A stretch of DNA of 64,000 nt from Gemmatimonadota bacterium (GTDB lineage Bacteria > Gemmatimonadota > Gemmatimonadetes > Longimicrobiales > Gaopeijiaceae), in contig JAXHMG010000003.1 in the NCBI GenBank assembly GCA_034521595.1, forward strand, positions 2,464,001-2,528,000, read 5' to 3'. Positions 18,962-27,959 of this stretch are shown piece by piece. Position 1 is the stretch's first letter, and the number at the start of each line of letters is the position of its first letter. The notes under the pieces were generated by a model. It searched no databases. It was not told the DNA's origin and worked only from the letters and a program-made list of their open reading frames with translations. Both the position numbers and the translations under genes were made by a program.

Positions 18962-21900
18962 TCAGAAGCCGATACGAACGCTGAACGTGTAGCGCGTGGG
19001 CACACCCGGACGCCAACCGTCGATGCCGTACACGAAGTTGCTCGTGTCACCACTCGGGCTCGTGACGACGTTGCTCTCCGGATCGATGCCGGAATACTTC
19101 GTCCACAGCTTCAGGTTACGGCTCGCAGCCGTGACGGTCATGCGGTCGATGCCGAGGCCTTCGATGGCCGAACCCGGGACCTGATAGGTCAGGCCGAGCT
19201 CACGCCACCGGATGTAATCGGCCTCCTCGATCTTGTTCGTTCCGTCCCAAGGAGACAGCCCCGCGTGCTCTCGCCACTCGTTCGCGGCCGCCACCTTTTC
19301 GTCCGGTGACGCGTCCGGATTCGTGAGCGTGGACTCGATCTCCGCCGTCTCCCGGGTGTTCCGCCCCAACAGCCAGTGGGAGGCGCGGAACTCGCCGCTC
19401 AGGTTCTGGCGATGGAAGTTGCCGAACGCGTAGTCGAATTGAGTGGTCAGGCGGAAGCTTCCCAGAAAGGAGAGCGTCCCTCCGAAGGAGCCCGACCAAT
19501 CCGGCATGGGCTTTCCTCGGAAGAACTCACCGTCCGGCCCTTGACCACCCGTCGCCGGGAGAAACGCGAGATCGTCGGGGCTCACCGAGGGATTGTCCAC
19601 GAAGAACTGCCGCAGCTCGTCCTCGGAGTCCGGTTGGCCGTCATTGTCGTTGTCGTAGGCAGTCTCACCGGCCTGCGGCTCATAGATCTTGCGGCTGAAG
19701 AACGAGCCCGGTGCGTGCCCCTCCACGATCCACGTCCGGTACCGATAATACCCGACCTTGATCGCGGGGGCCTCGCCCATGTCCGTGACCTCTTCCTCGG
19801 TGTACGCAGCGTTCACGAACATGTCGAAGCCGGCGTTCGACGTGTTGAACAGCGTGCCGTTCATCCCGAGCTCGAATCCGGTCGCCTTCATCTCACCCAG
19901 GTTGAAGAGCTGGGTCGACGTGAAGCCACCCGACGGCGGGAACTGCCGCGGGACCAGCACGTCGCTGACCGTTCTGTCCCAGTACGTCGCGTCGAGCGAG
20001 AAACGGTCGTCCAGAATACCGAAGTCGCCACCGACCTCCCACTCGGTCGAAACCTCCGGCCTCAGGTCTTCATTACCGAGGTTGTCCGGCCCCACGCCGG
20101 GGCCTTCCACCGAGGGAACCGGTTGGAACGTGGTGAACTGGTCGAAAGCGCCGGGCTGCAATCCGGACCGTCCGACCGCTGCACGGAACCGGACCGAGCT
20201 GAACGGCCCGATACCGTCCATGCCGGCCATATCGGTCGGCACGACCGACACACTGACCTTCGGGTACAGCTCTCCGCCCGCGGTCTCACCGAACGCGCTA
20301 TGCTTGTCGTACCGCGCGCCGAGCGTGGTGAAGATGAAGTTGTTGAAGCCCAGCTGTTCCTGGACGTAGACTCCGGCGTTCACCTCCTGGTTGACCGTCT
20401 CGCCCGCGCTCGGCTCGGAAGCCGCCCCCGTGACCTCGAGGCCCGGTGCAGGAAATGCGAACCCGCTGCTGAAGTTCTCGTGGTACTCGTTTTGGAGGAG
20501 CTGCGCGCCCAGGATGAACGACGACGTGATATTTTCGGTCAACTCGTTGTCGTACACCGCCTTCGCGTCGAATGTGATGTTCCGCCGGTTGTGCGTGCTG
20601 AAGTCGCGCTCGCCCTCGGGGGCGGTGTTGGCGAAGTCATCGACGTTCCAACCGAAGCGCTGAAAGTCGATCTCCTCCGACGACACGATGTCCACGCCGA
20701 TGGTCGCATCCAGCGTCAGTCCCTCGAGCGGATTGTACTGCGTGTTGACGCTTCCGGCGAACCGCTTGGTCTCTTCGAACTGCTCGATGTTGAACATCTC
20801 GCGGATCGTCGCGAAGGTCCCCGTTCCCGTCGGGTTGTTCTCCCGAGCGAGCTCCGGCTTCGCCATGATCGACATGGAGAAGGTTCCGGTCGTGTTGTTC
20901 CCGTTGGTCGGGACTTCGTGGTAGCGCTCGGTATACATCGAGTTGAAGCGCAACCGGAGATCTTCGGTCGGGAAGAAGGTCAGATTGGCGGTCGCCTGCT
21001 TCTGCTCGTCGACATCCTGAGCCGGACCCCACTGCTCACCGCCGAAGGCGCCGTCCTCGTAGGCGTACCGGCCGGAGACGTAGTAGTTGATGGATTCGGT
21101 ACCGCCACGCACCGACAGGCTGTAGGCCTGGTTGAATCCGGTTTCGAAGAGCCCGTCGAGCAGCGGCGTGTCGAAGACCTCGTACCGACCGAGGGAACCG
21201 AGCCCCCAGTGGTCCGCAACGGCGTCCGCGTGCTCCTGACTGCATCCATCGCCCGGCCACAGAGCCGAGCCGGCCTGGCTGCAAACGAAGCCGGAGTGCT
21301 GCGCGTACCGCTCCATCGGCATCTGAGAGAAGCCGCCCTCGGCGGTCATCTCCCACTGCGGGTCCCCTGCCTGGCCCCGCTTGGTGAAGATCTGGATGAC
21401 CCCGTTGGACGCTTCGGTCCCGTACAGGGTGGCGGCCGCCGCACCCTTCAGGATCTCCACCCGCTCGATCGACTCGGGGTTGATGTCATCGAGGCGGGAC
21501 GCCGCGCCCGCGTCTCCGTCGTCCACGGCGTTAGAGACCCTGATGCCGTCGACGTAGACGATCGGGTTGTTGCTCTGGGTGAGCGACGAGGTGCCACGGA
21601 TACGGATCTCGGAACCTTCACCGGCCATGCCGCCGCTCTGTGCGACCGACACCCCGGCGGTGCGCCCCTGCAACTGCTCGGAGAAGTTCGCCGTGGGCGC
21701 GTCCTGGAGCTGCTCCATGTCAACCGCCGAAACGGTGTTGCCGAGACGGCGACGCTCGGTGGCCTGCCCGGCCCCGGTAATGACGAGCTCGTCGAGCTGA
21801 ACCGCGCTCGTGGAGAGCTCGAAGTCGAGCTGGGCGGTCTCACCGTCCGCGACCGTCACGGTCTGCTCGGCCGAGCCGTAACCCACGCGGTCCACCGAGA

Positions 21901-22150
21901 CGGTGACCTCGCCGGCCGGCACCTCGAGAAGAAGGTAACGCCCGGACGAGTTGGTGAGCGTCCCGAGGCTCGTGCCTTCGACGAAAACCTGCACGGCATC
22001 GAGCGGGCGCATGCTACTGCCGTCGACCACGGTACCCGTGATCGACCCTTGCTGCGCGGCCACGGCGCCCGGCAAGAACGCCAGGACGGCGGCCGTCAGC
22101 AACGCCCGTGATTGCCCTCGTGCTGCTTGGACAAACGCGTCATGAAACAT
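18962..22150 (-). CDS. SusC/RagA-like TonB-dependent outer membrane transporter
   Basis: CarboxypepD_reg-like N-terminus; LDELVITG TonB box; plug signature DINPESIERVEILKGAAAATLYGTEASNGVIQIFTK; C-terminal RIGF; RBS GGGAGG before ATG 22150. Confidence 0.93.
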   Translation of the reverse strand: MFHDAFVQAARGQSRALLTAAVLAFLPGAVAAQQGSITGTVVDGSSMRPLDAVQVFVEGTSLGTLTNSSGRYLLLEVPAGEVTVSVDRVGYGSAEQTVTVADGETAQLDFELSTSAVQLDELVITGAGQATERRRLGNTVSAVDMEQLQDAPTANFSEQLQGRTAGVSVAQSGGMAGEGSEIRIRGTSSLTQSNNPIVYVDGIRVSNAVDDGDAGAASRLDDINPESIERVEILKGAAAATLYGTEASNGVIQIFTKRGQAGDPQWEMTAEGGFSQMPMERYAQHSGFVCSQAGSALWPGDGCSQEHADAVADHWGLGSLGRYEVFDTPLLDGLFETGFNQAYSLSVRGGTESINYYVSGRYAYEDGAFGGEQWGPAQDVDEQKQATANLTFFPTEDLRLRFNSMYTERYHEVPTNGNNTTGTFSMSIMAKPELARENNPTGTGTFATIREMFNIEQFEETKRFAGSVNTQYNPLEGLTLDATIGVDIVSSEEIDFQRFGWNVDDFANTAPEGERDFSTHNRRNITFDAKAVYDNELTENITSSFILGAQLLQNEYHENFSSGFAFPAPGLEVTGAASEPSAGETVNQEVNAGVYVQEQLGFNNFIFTTLGARYDKHSAFGETAGGELYPKVSVSVVPTDMAGMDGIGPFSSVRFRAAVGRSGLQPGAFDQFTTFQPVPSVEGPGVGPDNLGNEDLRPEVSTEWEVGGDFGILDDRFSLDATYWDRTVSDVLVPRQFPPSGGFTSTQLFNLGEMKATGFELGMNGTLFNTSNAGFDMFVNAAYTEEEVTDMGEAPAIKVGYYRYRTWIVEGHAPGSFFSRKIYEPQAGETAYDNDNDGQPDSEDELRQFFVDNPSVSPDDLAFLPATGGQGPDGEFFRGKPMPDWSGSFGGTLSFLGSFRLTTQFDYAFGNFHRQNLSGEFRASHWLLGRNTRETAEIESTLTNPDASPDEKVAAANEWREHAGLSPWDGTNKIEEADYIRWRELGLTYQVPGSAIEGLGIDRMTVTAASRNLKLWTKYSGIDPESNVVTSPSGDTSNFVYGIDGWRPGVPTRYTFSVRIGF

Positions 22151-22420
22151 AGGGCCTCCCCTATCAAGGAGTGGTTGGGCCATGCTCGGCCCTTCGGTTA
22201 CAGGCGGTCGCTCACCGCCCGAGCTGTGTACCTCGAGTACCTGCACGTGGGCACGCGACCCGCACCCAGCTCTGGGAGCCTCGAGTGTCGAGTGCGCGCA
22301 GCGCGGATCACCCGGTGCGCAGCTTTGGCTCTGGAAGCGGCTGTGTCAAGGAATCGTGCAGAGCAACGCACGGGGACCGGAGCTATCGATCGGACGCATG
22401 CCCGTCGACCCTCCGTGCCA

Positions 22421-22660
22421 TCAGCCTCCGAGAGCCCGGTCGATCATGCGCTGGATGAGCTCCGGCCTCAGCGCCCGCGGATCGGTATAGGTGGGCCAGG
22501 GGGCCCGGAAGGTGACCGCCTCGCACGTGAACTCGAATCCGGCCGGAACGTCGCCCTGGTCGGGTTGGTCACACCCGACCACACGGGCGTCCCGGCCGGC
22601 GGATCGCCACACGATCCGCCACGTGACACCGTCTCGGTCACGAAACTCGAAGTCCGTCAC
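22421..22660 (-). CDS. Small hypothetical protein (~79 aa)
   Basis: GTG after a G-rich RBS; compact sequence FEFRDRDGVTWRIVW...LIQRMIDRA. Confidence 0.5.
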   Translation of the reverse strand: MTDFEFRDRDGVTWRIVWRSAGRDARVVGCDQPDQGDVPAGFEFTCEAVTFRAPWPTYTDPRALRPELIQRMIDRALGG

Positions 22661-22760
22661 AATCCCCCCAGAGTGAAGCGTCGCCCGTTTCACTAAAGTG
22701 AATCGACGACGCCTGTTTGTCACGAGTCTCGTTGCAGCACGGGCGCGGACGACCCCTCTG

Positions 22761-22795
22761 AAAAAGGCCCGGGAGCCGCTGTGCGGCCCCCGGGC
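22761..22795 (-). terminator. Rho-independent terminator after tRNA-Lys
   Basis: Minus strand GCCCGGGGGCCGC-ACA-GCGGCTCCCGGGC followed by CTTTTT. Confidence 0.8.
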
Positions 22796-22799
22796 GCAG

Positions 22800-22872
<73 letters not shown>

Positions 22873-22886
22873 ATCGGGAGCCCTTT

Positions 22887-22914
22887 AAGGTACGTTCGGG
22901 GAACACCCGGTCAA
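22887..22914 (-). promoter_or_regulatory. Putative sigma70 promoter for tRNA-Lys
   Basis: TTGACC-16 bp-TACCTT, 14 bp upstream of the tRNA 5' end. Confidence 0.5.
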
Positions 22915-22931
22915 GCTTTCGCGCCCACCGG

Positions 22932-23324
22932 TCACGGTGAGGGGCCGTCACCGGCATCGTCCCGAAGCAAGGAGGCTCCCGGCTGGAGCGCTCGCGCCCG
23001 GTCGAGTGCCTCCGCGGCGGCGCTGTCGTTGCCGAGTGCCCCTTCCGCCATGTACACGCCGAACCAAGCCGCGGCGACCGCGTCGTCGATCTCGACGGCA
23101 CGCCGGTAATGCTCCACGGCCGCCTCGGGCGCTCCGGACCGCATCGCGACGTTCCCGCTGTCGAGTTGGGAGACCAGGGCCTGTGGCAAGGCGTCTCTCG
23201 CCTCCCGCACGGCGTCCGGCGTAACCGAATCCGTGCGCTGATCATCCTCGCGACATCCCCCGAAGACCACGATGACCGCGACGATCGCCATGACGCTACG
23301 GAGCGCACGAACCTGCTCGAGCAT
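22932..23324 (-). CDS. TPR-like lipoprotein; last gene of the cytochrome operon
   Basis: Lipobox FGGC; helical TPR-like segment (AVEHYRRAVEIDDAVAAAWFGVYMA); starts 3 bp after the cytochrome stop. Confidence 0.7.
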   Translation of the reverse strand: MLEQVRALRSVMAIVAVIVVFGGCREDDQRTDSVTPDAVREARDALPQALVSQLDSGNVAMRSGAPEAAVEHYRRAVEIDDAVAAAWFGVYMAEGALGNDSAAAEALDRARALQPGASLLRDDAGDGPSP

Positions 23325-23327
23325 TAG

Positions 23328-24776
23328 TCAGGATCCTCCCACCGGGTTACCCACGTGACACGCGAGACATGTTCGCGGCGAAGTCGCCCACGCACGCTCC
23401 GCGTCGAACGACGGACCATGCGGGCTGACCCTGAACGAGCCCAGAACCCCGTGACACTGCACGCAGTCGCGTTGTTGGTGGCACGAAGCGCAGCTCTCCA
23501 GGTTCTGCCGGGCCGCCTGTCCGTGGCGAAGGAGCCAGACGGGCTCGGCGTCGTGGTACCCGGATCCGAGTCGGCCGGAGCTCTCGAATCCGCTTTCCAG
23601 ATGGCAGGCGCGACAGAATGCGGCCGTTTCGTGGCAGGTAGCGCACTCGTCCGCGCGACCGAACGCAGCGGCCGCGTGCGTCCCCACGAAATCCGCGGGG
23701 TGATAGCTGTCCCCGGCGGGAGCGTCGTGACAGTCCGTGCAGTACCCGTCGGTGTGGCAAGTGCCGCACGTCGATTCGTCGGCCGCCGCCAGAGTCGAAT
23801 GAGCCTCCATGAAGAACGGCGACTCGTGGGTCCCCGGAGCCGACGCGGTGAGCCCCACGCCTGGAGCGTGCACGTCGGCACGCCTCGGCAGGGCGTCGAC
23901 CACGGCCGGCGCCGCGCTCACGTGACACGCCCGACAGTCCTCGGTCGTGTGGCAGGTGTTGCAGGATCCGGCATCGGACACGGGAGCGTGTCGTTCGCTC
24001 CATCGCGCTCGAGAATGTGACTCGGGAACCGGATAGGCCGCGGTCACCGGTGGGAGCTCGAGGTCGGGGGGGGCGGAGGGCATGGCCGCCACTGCGGGTT
24101 GGCCCGCATCCACGTGACAGGAGACGCACCGCTCTTCGGTATGGCACGTCGCACACCGGGCTGTGCCCTCCGAGGCGGAGGCGCCGTGGTCGCTCGCGAC
24201 GAATCCCCCGGTCAGGTGATCCCTCGGAACCGGAAGGCCGGTGATGCGCTCTACGGAGAAGCGACTGTCCGACAGTGGGACGTGACACATGGCACATTCA
24301 GCCGTGCCTTCGGGGACGGACTCGAAGTGACCGTCCGGCTCGCCGGCATGGCATGCGAAGCATGCGCTTTCGACCACCCGAGCCTCGACGTCCATGCGCG
24401 CGGCATCCGGCTCCGCGTGACAGCTCTCGCAGCTTCGGGGCGGCTCCCCCGCCGTCTCGAGATCCGCCGCGTGCGTGGCATGGTCGAATAGGACGTTGCT
24501 CGAGGTGTCGCTCGGCCCGGACCAGGATACCGCCGGGAGATCCACGTCGTCGTGACAACGGGCGCAGAGCTCCGCCTCCGGGTAGCCGGGAGCATCCCCG
24601 GCAGCGGGGGTGGTGTGGCATCCGGTGCAGACCGGGAAGAGTCCCGCGTGTTCCTCGTGGGGGAAGGGCTCCTCCTGGACGCTGCCGACCCCGGCCGATA
24701 CGACGCCCGTCAGAGCCACCGCGCCCACCACACCGACGCCGAGCGCGCCCAGCCGCAAGCTTCGAATCACGCTCAT
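23328..24776 (-). CDS. Secreted 16-heme c-type cytochrome
   Basis: 16 CxxCH motifs; N-terminal signal/hydrophobic stretch; ATGA overlap with the porin stop. Confidence 0.92.
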   Translation of the reverse strand: MSVIRSLRLGALGVGVVGAVALTGVVSAGVGSVQEEPFPHEEHAGLFPVCTGCHTTPAAGDAPGYPEAELCARCHDDVDLPAVSWSGPSDTSSNVLFDHATHAADLETAGEPPRSCESCHAEPDAARMDVEARVVESACFACHAGEPDGHFESVPEGTAECAMCHVPLSDSRFSVERITGLPVPRDHLTGGFVASDHGASASEGTARCATCHTEERCVSCHVDAGQPAVAAMPSAPPDLELPPVTAAYPVPESHSRARWSERHAPVSDAGSCNTCHTTEDCRACHVSAAPAVVDALPRRADVHAPGVGLTASAPGTHESPFFMEAHSTLAAADESTCGTCHTDGYCTDCHDAPAGDSYHPADFVGTHAAAAFGRADECATCHETAAFCRACHLESGFESSGRLGSGYHDAEPVWLLRHGQAARQNLESCASCHQQRDCVQCHGVLGSFRVSPHGPSFDAERAWATSPRTCLACHVGNPVGGS

Positions 24777-26194
24777 CGCTGACCACCGCGTCGTCCGGAC
24801 AGACCCGGGTCTTCGCCCAACGTGACACGCAGCGACGACCACCCACGGTTCTGACTCCATGGCCGGTCGCCGCCATCGTCCGCATATCGATGCCGAAGCA
24901 CCGAGTAACCGCCCCGGAAGGAGAGGCGGTCCGTCAGTTGGGTGCCCGCCGACACACCGCCTCCCCATGCGCGCCCGTCACCGAGCCGGTACTGCTCGAT
25001 TTGCTGGAGCGTACGGGCGGAAATCGTGACGAACGTGTCGTCGGACGGCGTCCACGCCAGCCGGGTCTCGCCCGACGACAGGTAGCCGCCGGGGCCCCAT
25101 TCGAGCTCGTATGACACACCCGCGGACCAGGCGTCGCCCGGCGTCCACGTCGCTTCCAGGCCTGCGCGGCGTCCGCTGTCCTCGAGCGGTCTCAGAACGA
25201 CCGTCGTGCCCGCGGCTCCGTATCGTCGGACTCCGACGGATCCCTCGACCCGCCACGCATCCCGCGGAGCCCAGCCGACGCGGACCGTGCCTTCGGTATA
25301 GGCGACCGGCTCGAACAGGCCCCAGATGGTGGAAAGAGAGAAATACGGAACGTACCGGGCCGCCGATGCCTCGATCATGCCGCGAGCTCCGTCGAACGGA
25401 CGGGACAGGGTGAGGTGCCCCTTGCCGACCTCCCGCCGGGCGACATCGTAGTCCAACGAGCCCCGGAGCGTCCCGACGGACGAGCTCCAGCTCATATCCA
25501 GCGACGCGCGTTCCGAAGCGAGCCCGGAACGGTCGGCGAGGATCTCGCGGTGGTAGCGGGCCGTCATCGACAGGGCCGAGATGCGTCCGCGGGCGGATGC
25601 ACCAACGAGGTACACACTCTGGTCCGGCAGGAAATCCTCCAGGCCTCGCAACGCCTCATGGGCGGGATCGCGCAATCCCCTGGCGAGACTCCGTCCGCCG
25701 TATGCTTCAACCCGGATCCGGGGTCGGCTCCAGCGCACCATGCCACCGTCGAAGGACGGGAAGCCGAGTCCCGAACGCACTTCCTGACGCCCCACGCGCA
25801 CGGTGAGCTCTCCCCGCGCCAACGCCGCGTAAGCGAGCATGGCGTCGAAGGGATCGTCGGCCCGCGGCCATTCGAAGGCTCCTGCGACACGCTGTCGGGC
25901 ACGGAGCTGAACGGTCGCGCTCAGCCCCTGGACGCCCAGCCCCCAGGCGGTGAAAAAGAGGTCCTGGTTCGCGACGACCGCCAGCTCTTGATCCGCGCTC
26001 GTGTAGCACGGAGCGTCCGACGGACACGTGGCGGCGACCCGCTGGACCGGCCGCATGTCGACGAGCTGAGCCGAAGACCCGACCCACCCTCGGCCCTTCT
26101 GAGCCTCCGCTTCACCAGCAGCCCCCCCGGCGAGGGCCGCAACCGCAGCGATGCACCCGACCCACCGCCACGATGCGCCGACGCGGGGGCGCAC
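24773..26194 (-). CDS. Predicted outer-membrane beta-barrel (porin of a porin-cytochrome complex)
   Basis: Signal peptide ending AEA-Q; many alternating amphipathic strands rich in G/R/aromatics (e.g. LTVRVGRQ, WSAGVSYELEW, LSFRGGYSV); sits between cytochrome genes; RBS AGGAAGG before GTG 26194. Confidence 0.72.
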   Translation of the reverse strand: MRPRVGASWRWVGCIAAVAALAGGAAGEAEAQKGRGWVGSSAQLVDMRPVQRVAATCPSDAPCYTSADQELAVVANQDLFFTAWGLGVQGLSATVQLRARQRVAGAFEWPRADDPFDAMLAYAALARGELTVRVGRQEVRSGLGFPSFDGGMVRWSRPRIRVEAYGGRSLARGLRDPAHEALRGLEDFLPDQSVYLVGASARGRISALSMTARYHREILADRSGLASERASLDMSWSSSVGTLRGSLDYDVARREVGKGHLTLSRPFDGARGMIEASAARYVPYFSLSTIWGLFEPVAYTEGTVRVGWAPRDAWRVEGSVGVRRYGAAGTTVVLRPLEDSGRRAGLEATWTPGDAWSAGVSYELEWGPGGYLSSGETRLAWTPSDDTFVTISARTLQQIEQYRLGDGRAWGGGVSAGTQLTDRLSFRGGYSVLRHRYADDGGDRPWSQNRGWSSLRVTLGEDPGLSGRRGGQR

Positions 26195-26211
26195 GACCGC
26201 ATCCTTCCTGC

Positions 26212-27936
26212 TCAAGGGGCCCCCACCCGGAACCCCGGACCGGTCATTGCGTGGCATTCCGCGCAATCGCCTTCGGGGCGGTGGTCGCGCTGATCCTGAT
26301 GGCAGACCAGACAGACGGAACGGGTCCGCTCGACGCTCTCGAACGGCGCATCCTGGTGGCAGCCGCTCCCGCCACACCCCACGTGCGCCGTTTCCACGCT
26401 ATGTGCATCCGGCGCGGCGGGCTCGTGGCACGACGCACAGTCGTTACCCGGATCATGGTGCGCCTCGTGACACGACGCGCAGTCCGCGCCGCTCGCGGAG
26501 CGGGTTGGATCATCCGTGTGGCAGGTCGCGCAGCGCTCGCCGGCATGGACGGCATGATCGAACGGGAGGCCGCGTCCGGGGCGCTCTCCGACGGACAACA
26601 CGAGCGTTCGCGTCACCTCCAGGGTCTCGGAGGTGCCGCCCGTCTCGGCATGGCACGTGGCGCAGTCTCCGGCCTCCGGCTCGGTATGATGACAGCTTCG
26701 GCAGTCCGTCACGGTCGTGACCGTGAGCGACCCGTGCTCGGGCTCACTCGCATGGCACGCGGCGCACTCGACGTCCCGGTGCTCGGTATGCTCGAACGGG
26801 GGCTCTTCCTGGCGGGCAGCGCTCGGGCTCCGGGAAGGCGAGACGGTCGTGGGGGACGAGCCGAGCGCCGCATGCGCGGCAAGGAGAACCGCGTCGCTCC
26901 GGGTGGATCCGGCGGCACTCCCCACGGTTCCGGGGTGGGGGCGCGTGCCGGATGGATTCCCGGCCCCGGCCGACGTTTCCGTGTCATCGAAAATGTCCGT
27001 GTGGCACGCGAGGCAGTTGTCGCCGTCCACGTGAAAATCGTGGGCCTGGTGACAATACATGCAATCCGAGGCCACCCCTTCGTCCAGACCCCGGTGAAAG
27101 GGTGTGAGCGCTTCAGCGTCCGTGTGACACCCGGCGGACGCACAGCTCTCGGCAGCCTCTTCGGGCGTCGCCTGCTCGTGGGGATTGTGACACGATGCGC
27201 AGGTGCCCTCGTGCGGATCGTCGTCCGGCATCGTCGCCATCGCCTGCATGGCGTGGCAGGAAAGGCACGTATCCTCGTTCGGGGCGAGCGCGGCCAACGC
27301 CGCTTCCGAACCCTCGGCGTCCACGGTCGTGTTGAAGCCGTGACAGGCCGCGCAGTGGATCGTCAGGTCACTCATTCCCCCGAGCTCGATCCCGGTGTCC
27401 TCGTGACATCCGGCTTGCGCGCACGTCCGGTCGCTCGCCGCGAACTCGTGCAGCGAGCTCGAATGGCACTCCACGCACTGCAACCCTTGAAGCGCGGGGT
27501 CGTCGGATTCGAGGTGCGCCCGGTGGCCCGCTGTCGCCGCCACGACCTCCCATCGCTCGGGGTCGCCCTCGATGTGGCAGTCGGCGCACAACCCGTTCGG
27601 CACTTCGGCGTGCACTGAAATCTCGTCGGGATTCTCGACGAACTGGGTGAGCCCCATGCGGCTCCGCTCGATCAGGTTCGGCTGATGGCAGTCCTTACAG
27701 CTGAGATCCTGGTGGGCGCTCCGGGCGAACCGTTCGTACGGTTCCGCCATGAGATGGCACGACAGACAGAAATCGTTGTCGTGCTCGACGAAGTCGTAGG
27801 TCTGGTAGGCGTAGTAACTCCCGGTCCCGGCCAGCGCCACCACGAGCACGCCCACGCCCGCGAGCGTAGGCAGCGACAACGTGGCGAGCCACCGGGCAAT
27901 ACGGCCCCGAGCCGGAGGAGGAGGGTCCGGAGGCAT
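26212..27936 (-). CDS. Membrane-anchored NapC/NirT-type cytochrome extended to 20 hemes
   Basis: N-terminal TM helix, then FCLSCHLM; 17 CxxCH + 3 CxxxxCH motifs. Confidence 0.9.
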   Translation of the reverse strand: MPPDPPPPARGRIARWLATLSLPTLAGVGVLVVALAGTGSYYAYQTYDFVEHDNDFCLSCHLMAEPYERFARSAHQDLSCKDCHQPNLIERSRMGLTQFVENPDEISVHAEVPNGLCADCHIEGDPERWEVVAATAGHRAHLESDDPALQGLQCVECHSSSLHEFAASDRTCAQAGCHEDTGIELGGMSDLTIHCAACHGFNTTVDAEGSEAALAALAPNEDTCLSCHAMQAMATMPDDDPHEGTCASCHNPHEQATPEEAAESCASAGCHTDAEALTPFHRGLDEGVASDCMYCHQAHDFHVDGDNCLACHTDIFDDTETSAGAGNPSGTRPHPGTVGSAAGSTRSDAVLLAAHAALGSSPTTVSPSRSPSAARQEEPPFEHTEHRDVECAACHASEPEHGSLTVTTVTDCRSCHHTEPEAGDCATCHAETGGTSETLEVTRTLVLSVGERPGRGLPFDHAVHAGERCATCHTDDPTRSASGADCASCHEAHHDPGNDCASCHEPAAPDAHSVETAHVGCGGSGCHQDAPFESVERTRSVCLVCHQDQRDHRPEGDCAECHAMTGPGFRVGAP

Positions 27937-27959
27937 GCGGCGTCACCCGGAAAACGCGG

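Noticed and set aside
19376-22111. 911-aa ORF antisense to SusC, and similar long ORFs (8573-10747, 46355-48298, 49767-51572, 60210-62534)
   Set aside because: Shadow ORFs expected from GC-rich codon bias. They have no recognisable motifs and overlap well-supported genes.
22151-22420. Riboswitch in the long leader of susC
   Set aside because: Small hairpins and a TTGACA are present, but I could not recognise cobalamin, TPP, SAM or other aptamer consensus. An Rfam scan would be decisive.
23328-26194. Gene symbols mtrA/mtrB
   Set aside because: Heme number and spacing, and barrel length, differ from MtrA/MtrB; orthology cannot be shown without a search.
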